A stretch of 64,000 nucleotides of DNA, taken from Cetorhinus maximus (lineage: Eukaryota). The translations under genes and the position numbers were made by a program. Of the stretch, positions 25,455-37,663 are shown piece after piece (the stretch's first letter is position 1; each line of letters starts with the position of its first letter). Location: contig NC_135891.1 in the NCBI RefSeq assembly GCF_964194155.1, positions 117,428,001 through 117,492,000 on the forward strand, in the 5' to 3' direction. The notes below the pieces were generated by a model, which made no database searches, was not told the origin of the DNA, and worked only from the letters and a program-made list of their open reading frames with translations.

Positions 25455-25900
25455 AATTACATAGAATTTACAGCGGTAAAACAGGCCAATCGACCCAACT
25501 GGTCCATGCTGGCATTATGTTCCATACAAGTCTCCTCCCATGCTACTTCATCTAACCTTACCAGCAAATTCTTCCATTCAGTTCTCCCTCGTGTTTATTT
25601 AGCTTCCCCTTAAATGCATTTATGCTTTTTCCCTCATGCACACCTTTCAGTAGCAAGTTCCACATTCTAACCACTCTATGGGTAAAGAAGTTTCTGCTGA
25701 ATTCCCTATTGGATTTATTTACAGCCCATAGTTCTGGTCTCCCCAACAAGTGGATACAAGTTCTCTTCATCTAGCCTATCAAACCCCTTCATAATTTTAA
25801 AGACTTCTAATTTTAAAGACTCAGGTCAACCCTCAGCCTTTGCTTTTCTTGAGAAAAGAGCCCCAGCCTGTTTAGCCTTTCCTGATAGTTGTAACCTTTT
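25455..25900 (-). mobile_element. Old CR1 3' fragment
   Basis: ORF 25558-25770 NKSNREFSRNFFTHRVVRMWNLL; tail tagaattacatagaatt. Confidence 0.75.
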
Positions 25901-25971
25901 AGCTTTTGGACGTATTAGTGACAATATTATTCGTTAGGACAGGGTTTCCTGTCGTAATTTCTGTCCCCTAC

Positions 25972-26542
25972 CTTTTGCAGCTTCAATAATGATACGAAGT
26001 CCATCGTTCTCCATCACTATCAATTTGGCGTGATCGTGGGAACGGCCAAAGGGCACTCGGATATCGTCATCGTAGGTCATGACCCGCAGGGCTCTGCCCG
26101 CCTCCCTGACCACATCAGCCTGGGTACCATGGTTCACGATGGCGCTCGTCAGCAACGCCAGGACCCCGAGCTGCACCAGGTCCTGGCGGTTCTGCTCATG
26201 TTTCAGGCAGCTGTGACGGATAGCGCGGATGGTCCCTGCGTTCAGGGCTGCGTGGTCCCGGTGCTGCTTTAAAATCTCCAGCAGGAGTTGCTGGCCCTCC
26301 GAGTCAAGGAGGTCTGGCTGACCGTCCAACAGGGCAGCCAAGGCCTGGACTCCCTTCAGCAAGCAGGGTGTGTCAGACATCAGTTGCTTGCAGGTGGAAA
26401 GGACTGTGGGATAGGCGGACTTTTCAGCTGCCAGATGACGGTGAGCGAAGTCGAGGCTGCATTGCTCACTGAAGTTAGTCAGGTGATCCCCCATTTCGTC
26501 AAGAGCTAAGAGATCCAGGGCTTTCTGAAGCTCATCGAGGGC
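25972..26542 (-). CDS. ARMC6: ARMC6 coding exon 3
   Basis: ttttag|GCC...AAA G|gtaggg; 571 nt; ALDELQKAL..DGQPDLLDSEGQ..CLKHEQNRQDLV..LRVMTYDDDIRVPFGRSHDHAKLIV..IIEAAK. Confidence 0.96.
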
Positions 26543-27320
26543 CTAAAAACACACAAGTAATCACTTGGTAAGCCAGTAACAAATTGTATTTATATAGCAT
26601 ATAATAAACTGTCCAAAGGCACTTCACAGGATCAGAGGGTTGTGGGGCTGGAGGAGATTACAGAGATAGGGAGGGGCAAGGCTACAGAGGAACTTGTAAA
26701 CAAGGATGGGAATTTAGAAACTTGAGGCATTGTTCAACTGGAAGCCAATGTTGATCAGCAAGCAGCGAGCACAGGGGAGATGGGTGAATGAGACTCTTTG
26801 TGAGCGATTACAACTTCACCCAGTTGCAATCTCTGTGTCACAATAAATTATCTCAACCGATCCTCATGTTGAAACAAAGAATCAAGGCAATGTGTCCAAT
26901 GCTGGCCTTGAGCCATCACATAACTTGCTCCATTTCACAAAAAGAACATGAATTAAGCATAGTTCCATCCCCCCAAAAAGGACTAGGACCAGGAGCCGCC
27001 CAGTGCATCAATGGTTCAAGCAAGGACTCCGTCAACAAGTTATTAACATTGCTATGGTTAATGCCATTTAAGCTGTTTCTTGCCAAGAATAGTTACCTAA
27101 GGCATTAACACTCAATGCATGTGTTCTGATTGAGTCCCAAGCCTTTCCCACCTAGAGAATGGGGAGCCTGTCTCTACCCTTCATCAAACCCCATTCGGAT
27201 ACACAGCGGAAAATGTGCAAATGCAAATCAGGCAGACTTTCCCATCCAATTGGAAGTTGAGCAGAATCAGAGGGGACTGAATCCATGTCATCACATTGTG
27301 TGTGTGGAAGCACAGTGTCA

Positions 27321-27324
27321 GTCA

Positions 27325-27365
<41 letters not shown>

Positions 27366-27680
27366 GTGGGTTCAAGCCCCACTCCAGAGACTCGAGCACA
27401 TAATTCAAGTAGTTTTGAGGGAGCACGGAAGTGTCAACTGTTGGGTGAGACATGAAACTGCGGCCCCAGTAGATGTAAAAGATGCCATTGCACAATTTGA
27501 ATAGTTGGAGTGTTCTCCCCTTTGTCCTGGACAATATTTATCCCACAACCGACATCATTAAAAAAAAGATTATCTGGTCACTATCAAACTGTTTGTGGAA
27601 GCCGGTGTGCAAATTGGCTCACATGTTTCCTCCATTAAACAGTGACTACACTTCAAAAATACTTCACTGGATGTCTAAGC
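27321..27680 (+). mobile_element. DeuSINE-type tRNA-derived SINE
   Basis: A box tggctcagtgg, B box gggttcaagccc, central domain and tail acagtgactacacttcaaaa. Confidence 0.85.
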
Positions 27681-28064
27681 CTCTTTCGATGGTTGTTGAT
27701 GAAAATCCACATGTCAAAGGGATAGGAAATCAAGCAACCTGGTGGAGCAGGACAATGATGGATGAACACGCTGACTCAAAGACTCCCATCTGATATCTCC
27801 CTCTCCCTGGGTATTTGCATCAAAATATCACAGTCCATCCAAAGAACTGACAACCTGAGCCAGGCTCTCCATCACTTTGTAACCAGAGATGAGCAGAAGT
27901 AAAGCAGTGGAGTGGGGAGACTGCACAGATGTGGCTGTCCGCTGCTTTCAGTAGAGCATGGCTATGATCGAAAACTCATTACATGCAGAGAATTGCAAGT
28001 TGGTGCTAGACAAGCAGGAGTGGTTTGTCTACATGTATATGGAAAGCTGGCTGAGAATAGTGTT

Positions 28065-30121
28065 CTCCCCAAAATCCACAAACAGGATTGTCCCGGTAGA
28101 CCGATCGTGTCAGCCTGTTCCTGCCCCACGGAACTCATTTCTTCTTATCTTGACTCCGTTCTCTCTCCCCTTGTCCAGTCTCTTCCCACCTACATCCGAA
28201 ATTCCTCTGATGCCCTACATCATATCAACAATTTCCAGTTCCCTGGTCCCAACCGCCTCCTCTTCACCATGGACGTCCAATCCCTCTACACCTCCATCTC
28301 CCACCAGGAGGGCTCTCCGCTTCTTCCTTGAACAGAGAACCGAACAATCCCCATCCACCACCACTCTCCTCTGTCTGGCTGAACTTGTTCTCTCACTGAA
28401 CAATTTCTCCTTAAACTCGTCTCACTTCCTCCAAATTAAAGGTGTGGCTATGGGTCCCCGCATGGGCCCCAGTTATGCCTGTCTCTTTATGGGGTATGTG
28501 GAACATTCCTTGTTCCAGTCCTACTCAAGCTCCCTCCACAACTCTTTCTTGATGACTGTTTCAGTGCTGCCTCATGCTCTCGTCTGGACCTGGAAAAATT
28601 TATTAATTTTGCTTCCAATTTCCACCCCTCCATCACTTTCATATGGTCCATCACTGACACTTCCCTTCTTTGACCTCTCTGTCTCAATTTCTGGTGATAG
28701 ACTGTCCACCAATATTCATTACAAGCCCAACGACTCCCACAGTTACCTCGACTACAACTCCTCACACCCTGCTTCCTGTAAGGACTCCATCCCATTCTCT
28801 CAGTTCATTCGCCTCCATTGCATCTGTTCAGATGATGCCACTTTCCAAAGCAGTGCTTCTGACATGTCTTCCGTCTTCCTTAGCCGAGGTTTCCCACCTA
28901 TGATGGTTGACAGGGCCCTCAACCGTGTCCGGCCCATCTCCCGCGCATCCGCCCTCACACCTTCCACTCCCTCCCAGAACCATGATAGGGTCTCCCTTGT
29001 CCTCACTTTTCACCCCACCAGCCTCCGCATTCAAAGATCACCCTCTGCCATTTCCACCAACTCCAGCATGATGCCACCACCAAACACATCTTCCCTTCAC
29101 CCTCCTGTCGGCATTCCGTAGGGACCATTTCCTCCAGGACACCCTGGTCCACTCCTCCATCACCCCCAACACCTCAATCCCCTCCCACGGCATCTTCCCC
29201 TTGCAATCACAGAAGGTGCAACACCTGCCCCTTTACTTCCCCCCTCCTCACTGTCCAAGGGCCCAAACACTCCTTTCAAGTGAAGCAGTGCTTCCCTTGC
29301 ACTTCCTTCAATTTGGTCTACTGCAGTCTCCTCTACATTGGAGAGACCAAACGCAGACTGGATGACCGCTCTGCGGAACACCTTCGGTCTGTCTGCAAGC
29401 ATGACCCAGACCTTCCTGTCGCTTGCCATTTCAATGCACCACCCTGCTCTCATGCCCGTCCTTGGCCTGCTGCAATGTTCCAGTGAAGCTCAACGCAAAC
29501 TGGAGGAACAGCATCTCCCGATTAGGCACTTTACAGCCTTCCGGACTGAATATTGAGTTCAACAACTTCAGATCATGAACTCAACTCCATCCTCATTCCT
29601 TTTTGATCCCCTTTTTTGAAATTTTTATTTTTTATATATATTTATTTCCCCACCTTTTGTTATTATTTTTAAAATTTACTCCCATTCATTGTTTTATCCC
29701 CACCTTTTAGCCTATTTTGATCCTTGCTCCCACACCGTCCCCTCCCCCCGCCCCACCCCCACTTCGGCTATCTATAACTTGCTCATTCCGCTTTCTACTC
29801 TTAATGTCACCATTAGCACCTCCTTTAGCCACTATCACCACCATCAACACCCCGTCAACCTTTTGTTTATGACATCTTTTGGAATCTCTCCTTTGCCTCC
29901 ACCTACCACTGGCCTTCTATCCAGCTTCACCTGTCCCACCCCCCTTAAACAGTATATATTTCACCACATTTTTACTTCTCTTTAGTTCTGAAGAAGAGTC
30001 ATATGGACTCGAAATGTTAACTCTGTCTTTCTCTCCACAGATGCTGTCAGACCTGTTGAGTTTTTCCAGCAATTTTTGTTTTTGTTTCAGATTTCCAGCA
30101 TCCGCAGTATTTTGCTTTTAT
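28065..30121 (+). mobile_element. 5'-truncated Penelope-like element (RT + GIY-YIG endonuclease + LTR) with exact 14-bp TSD
   Basis: LPKIHKQDCPGRPIVS, FTMDVQSLYTSI, QIKGVAMGPRMGPSYACLFMG, PFLDL-like/HYKPNDSHSYLDY, NLVY..LYIGETKRRL; TSD ctgagaatagtgtt at 28051-28064 and 30122-30135; frameshifted. Confidence 0.95.
29984..30022 (+). ncRNA. Minimal hammerhead ribozyme motif in the Penelope LTR (one stem III C>T change)
   Basis: agtt-CTGAAGA-a-gagtc-atatg-gactc-GAAA-tgtt-aact. Confidence 0.7.
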
Positions 30122-30850
30122 CTGAGAATAGTGTTGTCAAGGGAGCAAGATGCAGATGATAAATAGGAGAGGGAATCTTTGGGCATGCCCAAGAAACCTA
30201 TGCAGGGAGGAAGAGAGAAAGCATTGCAGTTTGCTGGTTACAATGTGACAAGGGCAGGAGGAGAACTAAGCAAAGCTGGTATCACAGAAGAGAAACAGTG
30301 CAGGAGAATGAAATGGTGTTAAAGACTACAGGAACATCAAGGAGGGATAAAGTGACTTGGTCACAGTCATGAAGGACTGCAGTCGTGACTTGAACCATGA
30401 CAGTCTCAGTGCAATGACAAAGGAAGGAAATAGATCTTAAGGGATTTGTACAGGGCTTGGTAAAAGGGGTGAGTGGTCAAGATCCTAGAGGCAAAGATTA
30501 AAAATAAAGCAGTAGTTGGGGAGCATGGAAGTATTAAAGGTGGGACTTTTTAAGGCAGAGTAACAACATCATTTCTGAAGGGTGGAAGAATAGTGCTTGT
30601 GGAAAGGGAGTTGCTGATGATTTCAACAAAAGAAATATGGCTGGTGGTCCAACATTTGGTTTGGAGGGGACTAAAAGTATAGGACTATCTGATATGAAAA
30701 ACCGTTTCAAAACAAATGGAATCTCACTTTTTGAAGAGAGACACCATAGAAACACACCTACCATTTGATAGCTTCATCTTAAGAAAAAATACGAAGAGAT
30801 ATTTTTAAAATTACATCAGAAGCATGCAGTCTCTCACACATTGCCATCAC

Positions 30851-30930
30851 CTGCAGGACATTATGCTTCTGGTCGCTGGCTTCTGCAGTTGTATTCTGGA
30901 CAGCTTTCACTACATTGATGAGGTCGACAC
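30851..30930 (-). CDS. ARMC6: ARMC6 coding exon 2
   Basis: cctgtag|GT...CAG|gtgatg; 80 nt; (G)VDLINVVKAVQNTTAEASDQKHNVLQ. Confidence 0.92.
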
Positions 30931-31029
30931 CTACAGGGAAAGGGAAACAGATCCCAAAAAAAGTTAAAAATCTCCAGCACTATCAATTATTTTACTGAGC
31001 AACTTTAGTGCATCCAACCCCAATGCTCC

Positions 31030-31500
31030 TTTTTAACTATTCTTGGGATGTGGACGTCGCTGGGAAGACCAGCATTTATTACCCATCACTAATTACCCTT
31101 GAGATGGTGGTGGTGAGCCACCCTCTTGAACCACTGCAGTCCACATGATGTAGGTATACTAAGAGTGTTTTTTTTCCTGTAGTGGTTTTATACAATTGAG
31201 TGGCTTGCTAGGCCATTTCTGAGGGCAGTTACGAGTCAACCACACTGCTGTGGATCCCTGGTCACACGTAGACTAGACTGTGTAGGGGCAGCAGATTTCC
31301 TCCCCTGAAGGACATTAATGAACCGGATGGATATCTACAACAATCCAGCAATTTAATGAAGTTAGCATTTTAGTCCAGATTTATTAAATAAATTTAAATT
31401 TCCTCAACTACCATGGTGCGATTTGTACTCATTTCTCCAGAGCATTAGGCCAGGCCTGTGGATTACTCATTGAGTAACAATACCATTATGTTATTGTCCC
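31030..31500 (-). mobile_element. Non-autonomous head+tail derivative (SINE-like) of the tRNA-headed LINE
   Basis: Minus strand: diverged tRNA-like head and 5'UTR (to caagccactcaattgtataaaaccactac) joined to the last ~140 nt of the LINE tail (tacctacatcatgtggactgcag...aataaatgctgg). Confidence 0.8.
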
Positions 31501-31567
31501 CATAGTGCTTTGTCTCAATGTGCCTTTGTACAATCCGTTTATTCTGAATATTGCAAGCTTCACGCAC

Positions 31568-31688
31568 CTTGTGACTCAAATTGTTGTATTGCTTCATTCA
31601 AAGCCTCCTCTGGCTCCATTTCAAACTCGGTTATGTTTTCTTGCACGACAGAATCGAACGTCTCCTGAGTAATCCGTCTGCTCGCCAT
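31568..31688 (-). CDS. ARMC6: ARMC6 first coding exon (acceptor at 31692, ATG at 31688)
   Basis: atttacag|aagaATG; [41 protein letters not shown]|gtgcgt. The 7 exons sum to 1401 nt = 466 aa + stop. Missed by the ORF track. Confidence 0.94.
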
Positions 31689-32637
31689 TCTTCTGTAAAT
31701 TTCACTGCCTTACAGTGGATCTCTGTGACTTTTTTTTTAAATGTATACTTAGAAACTGTAAAACGTACCAATGGATTTGTTAGCGGCATGTATGTAAAAT
31801 CTCAGCAAAGCTTTATAATTCGGTATTTCATTTCAGATAACCATCACCCTCTGGAATAATTCCTGTAGCATGCAATGTGCATGGGATCTAGAAAGAGGTT
31901 GTGAGAGAAAAGGGACATTCTACTTATAAGGAATAAGATGCAGGTGAACTTGAATTTGAAGGATTTGTGGGTTACATGAGGGACAAAGGAATAGATTACG
32001 TTGATGGAGTGAGATATGAAGCAATGGAGGCTCATAACCAACATAAAAACCTGTTGAACCAAATGGTCTGTTCTTGTGCTTTAAATTTTTTATAGAATTG
32101 CTAAGTTAGGCTCAGTCCTTTTTTATTACTTCTCCCAGAAGGTCACGTGGTTCGGGAGGGTAAACCAGTGGCAATACAATGTCAGGATAATTCCAACTTG
32201 ACAATCATTGCTCTCCTTTCCAGATGTTTGGAGGTTGCCTGGTCGCTTTCAAAAGGGAACTGAACAAAGGATCATACTCTGGCACACTGGGGTAGGGTCA
32301 GAATGAGCAGTGTGGTTTCCGGGCTTGTATGGTATAACATTAGGAACATCCTTCTCACGCCTTCTGAGCCAGAAGAAGCCACAAGTTAAGCACATTTCAT
32401 GCCACCCAATTCAGTAATTTTACACTTTGCGAAATTAATGAAATTTAGGGGTGGTCCCTAAAATCTGAATGCAGCCTCATGGTGACTGCAAATGGCTATT
32501 ATTATTTTATAACCAGTTAATCGAGTTTTAAATAAAATGCTCGTGTATTTGAAGAGAGAAACATCCCATTGCTGTGCTGGCAGCCGCTGAATTTGTGGGC
32601 TTAGTTATTAATAACAACCTTTCTGCCATCCACCTAC

Positions 32638-32790
32638 CTCAGCCTTGCAGTCCCTCCGTGTCACACCCTTATCCCTCCTCCCGCTCAGTGGTTCCTCCTG
32701 TTACTATGGCAGCAGCGGAGATTCGTTCCTATCCGCTTGGCAACAGAGAGGCGGAACAGTTCTACCTGCGCACCCGCTTCCGGTAAAATA
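32638..32790 (-). promoter_or_regulatory. ARMC6: ARMC6 probable non-coding exon 1 and core promoter (RFX X-box, ETS, NRF1-like sites)
   Basis: Donor gag|gtaggt at 32638/32637; small CpG cluster; gttactatggcagc 32700-32713, cttggcaac 32736-32744, tgcgca 32767-32772, cttccggt 32777-32784. Confidence 0.65.
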
Positions 32791-33624
32791 ATCTTGTGTT
32801 TCATGGATTTCTTATTTTTAAGATGAGAAGGAGGAAGGGTTTTTTTTTGGTTCAAATGTGGTTGTTGGCCACATACTTGAGTGTGACCTGGGTTACTTCA
32901 ATTTTCCTCTTAATAAATGCATTCTTTCCTGTTTATTAATTTAGTTGTACAGAAACCCCTGCAAAAACATATACACAAAATTAGGTCACAAGAATTTACA
33001 TCAAGTCTACAAAGAGGCCATTTGGCCCATCTGGTCCATGCTGGTGTTTATGCTTCACAGGACTCTCCTCCCAGCTCTCTTCATTAAACCCTATTCCCAC
33101 CATTGTCTGGATAAAGAAGTTTCTCCTGAATTCCCTGTTGGATTTGTTAGTGACTATCCTATAATGACGGTCAGTTCTGGTCTCACCCACAAGGGATATT
33201 GTTGCTGGTTTAAATCAAAAATCGAGCTAAAAGTCATTCTTGTCTACACAATTTAAATTATTTCATGTTGCTATCTTGGCTCAGTTGATAGTACTTTTGC
33301 CTCCGAATATATGTGTTAAGCCTCACCAATTGTACTTAATTTAAGCTAATGCAATACTGAGGGAGAGCTGTACTGTCAGAGGGGCTGCCCTCAGAGATCA
33401 TTGAGGTCTCCATCTGGTTAATCACTTGGATGAATAGATCACTAACATTTAGATCAAGTCTACAGAAACAAGCCATTCAGCCCAACTGGCCCATGCCAGT
33501 GTTTATGCTCCACAGGAGTCTCCTCTCAACTCACTTCATTAAACCCCATCAGCATATTTATCTATTTTCTTCGCCCTCATGTTTACCTTGCTTCCTCTTA
33601 AATGCACCTATGTAATTTCCTCTA

Positions 33625-33990
33625 ACATTGGGAAGACTGAAAATCTTGTCTTTGGTCCATGCCACAAACTTCTTACCCTCTCCACCAATTCCATCCCCCT
33701 CACTGGCCAATTCTCAGGCTAAACTACTGTTAGTAATCTCAACTTTGAGCTGAGCTTTCAAACTCATATTTCTCCATCATAAAGGCTGCCAACATCCACC
33801 TCTGTAATATCAGCCACCTTCACTCCTACCTCTGTTCATTAACTAAAGTTCTAACTAATGCCATTGGCAACCTCCAGGCTTGAGTATTCCAATGCTCTCC
33901 AGACCAAACCTCACACCGTCCACCTTCAGTATATTTCAAATTGTCCAAGACTCTGCTGCTCATATCCTATTACACTCAGCTATCACCGCT
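33625..33990 (+). mobile_element. Old L2-type LINE fragment
   Basis: gggaagactgaa..., ccaggcttgagtattccaatgctctc (SRLEYSNAL), typical of the L2 RT C-terminal region. Confidence 0.6.
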
Positions 33991-34789
33991 CAATGGATTT
34001 TGTGCTCAAGTCTCTGGAGTATGGCTGGAGCCTACAACCTTCTGATTTAGAGGCAAGAGTGTTATCAACTGGCAAGCTTTAAGAACATTGGAAAGTGAGG
34101 AAGAGTCACCCAATCAACTCCCTTTCAGAGACTATGAACAATATTTTAGATTCTACCCCATCCATTGGGCTCCCTCAAGAGGAGTTCTGAAAGGTATCTT
34201 TCTACGTTTCAAAGTTATATCAAGCAAAACATCTAAATTATTGGTCTAATCTTATATCCTATCTTATAATTTCTTGACCAATTGCCTTCCTTGTCAAGCA
34301 TTTCTGAATTTCCATGAAAGTATTATATTCCAGGCACACCTAGCTCTACCTTATCTTTCTAAACCTTAGTTTTAATTTCAAGCATTTCTCCAACCCATTT
34401 TATAATTATTAATTAAGCTGTGCAATTTTGTTCATACAATCATTGAATGATACAGCACAGAAAGCTACTATTTGGCCCATCATTCCTGCGCTGCCTTTGT
34501 CAAGCTGTCCAATTAGTCCCATTCACCCGCTTTTTCCCCAGAGCCCTGTAAATGTTAACAATTTTTCTATGATTTATAGTGTACAACCAGATACTCAAGA
34601 AGCCCTCAATGCATAGCAAAAAGTTTTTCCATTTATTGAATACCACAATTACCTGTGTTATAAATAAGGTACACAAGTAGGAGGGGTTGTTGCCTCATGA
34701 GTCAAACCTATATCTCCCCCCTCATGTCTCCTCTCATTAAATCGGTGTTTATGTCTCAGTGAAGTTACTTTAGCTCATCAGTGAATGCC

Positions 34790-34920
34790 ATAAGTTACTG
34801 AGCTGATGAAGTCATGACCTCCCTTGCCTGTCAAACCTATGATGTCATAGAGGTCAGCATGTCAGTTTGACCTCTTGCCTCTGCAAGAGAGCTCAAAGGT
34901 CACCTGATGTCATCCATGGA
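34790..34920 (+). promoter_or_regulatory. Putative TSSK6 copy A upstream element (nuclear-receptor DR1, CRE-like tgatgtca)
   Basis: AGCTCA-a-AGGTCA at 34890-34902, further AGGTCA/TGACCT half-sites and two tgatgtca; equivalent DR1 upstream of copy B. Confidence 0.45.
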
Positions 34921-35397
34921 GACGTTAAAATAAAGTTGTCAAAGCTCGATATAACACATACCACGCAGAGTAAAAGCAAATATGCAGTAAAACTACATAA
35001 TATGGATTGTAAAAATGCAAATAATTAAGGAATTAATTTGTACCTGGAGTAATCTCAAGGTTTAAATATATCTCTGAGTTGCTAGGGCAAACTTTGCTAG
35101 GCCTGAGGTGGGCTTGGGACCAAGATAATGCAAATTTTCTTACATCATTGCTGCTTTATCATTTAGCTCTTTACAATCTAATTCCCTGTCAAACTCCACT
35201 GCACTATAATCCCAGAAGGAAAAAACAGTTTGGACCAGTATTCTTATTTCCCAGATTATACTGGTGTTCCATTTTAAGGTATACAAGACCAGTCCAGACC
35301 AATATTCTTATTTCCCAGTTTTTACTGTTTTTTCATTCTGGGATCTTTTTGGGGGATTCCCAGAATCAAAAAGGCATGACTTTTGCCAACATTTTGA

Positions 35398-36369
<972 letters not shown>

Positions 36370-36889
36370 AATGACCCAGAAACCCTATGGGGCATGAACA
36401 TTAGTTTCTTCATAGTGTTACCATAATGAGTGTAAGGACGTTTCTAAAACCATTCGCAATTAAAGCTTTGAAAGGCACACACACTTTTTCCAGTCACTAT
36501 TGAAGTTTTGATCGAAGGAGATTCTACCCAGTGAATTGTGCCTGAGGGAAAACCAATTTTCCTGTTGTCACTTAAAACCCTACTGCTATCTTCACTGAAG
36601 TACTTGGCAGTTTGGAAAGAGCAGCCTTATTAGAGATTAAACGTCTGAACCATAAGATTATGAAGGAGTTTAATAGGATAGACAGATGTTTCCACTTGTG
36701 AACAAAATCAGAATTAGGGGGTCATAAATACAGGATAGTCACAAATAAATCCAATTGGAAATTCAGGAGGAACCTCATTGCCCAGAGAGTGGTGAGAATT
36801 TGGAACTCACTACCAAAGGTTGAGGCGAATAGTATAGATACATTTCAGGGGAAGCTAGATAAATATATGAGGGAGAACAAAATAGGATT

Positions 36890-37320
36890 TTTAAAATTTG
36901 TTCTTGGGATGAGTGTCGCTGGCAGGGCCAGCATTTATTGCCCACTCCTAATTGCCCTTGAGAAGGTAGCGGTGAGCTGCCTTCTTGAATGGCTGCAGTC
37001 CATGTGGTGTAGGTACACCCACAGTGCTGTTAGGGAGGGAGTTCCAGGATTTTTACCCAGCGACAGTGAAAGAACGGTGATATATTTCCAAGTCAGGATG
37101 GTGAGTGACTTGGACAGGAACTTCCAGGTGTTGGTGTTCCCATGTATCTGCTGCCCTTGTCCTGCTAGATGGCAGAAGTCGCAAGTTTGGAAGGTGCTGT
37201 CAAAGGAGCCTTGGTGAGCTGCAGCCATACATTTGTAGATGGTACACACTGCTGCCACTGTGTCCCAGTAGTGGAGAGAATATCTAAGGTGGTGGATCGA
37301 GTGCCGATCAATCCTATTGT
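36890..37320 (-). mobile_element. 3' fragment of the tRNA-headed LINE family (after a CR1 fragment at 36650-36885)
   Basis: ccagcatttattgcccactcctaattgcccttgagaagg... is the reverse complement of the family tail. Confidence 0.85.
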
Positions 37321-37663
37321 TTTTGCACAAGGGAAGGAGAGAATTGAGAAAGAGAACTTGCCCTTAATTAAACAACAGAGTTCATCAACATGTATTAAAT
37401 GAAATGCTACTGGAAATCTTTCACCCCTATTAGGAACTGGGCAACATTCCACCATAGAGCAATCCAAATATACGACTACCTAATACCACCTTTCAGAACT
37501 TTTTAGTCATCTTTCTACTGAAAGGAATTTCTTTTGAATTTCAAGAGCAATTTATATTCTCACAACTTTTTTTTGAAAAGAGGAGCTCAAAAGATTTGCA
37601 AACAGAAATTGATTTTCCCAACAACTAATTAATAAGCAATTTATTATCTTAAGAAAGAACATA

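Noticed and set aside
27321-27395. tRNA genes at SINE/LINE heads (also 57320-57410)
   Set aside because: A and B boxes are present but there is no proper cloverleaf or terminator; the sequence continues into repeat bodies.
27958-29121. 387-aa ORF as a host gene
   Set aside because: It is a frameshift mosaic of Penelope RT plus flank; the TSD shows the element starts at 28065.
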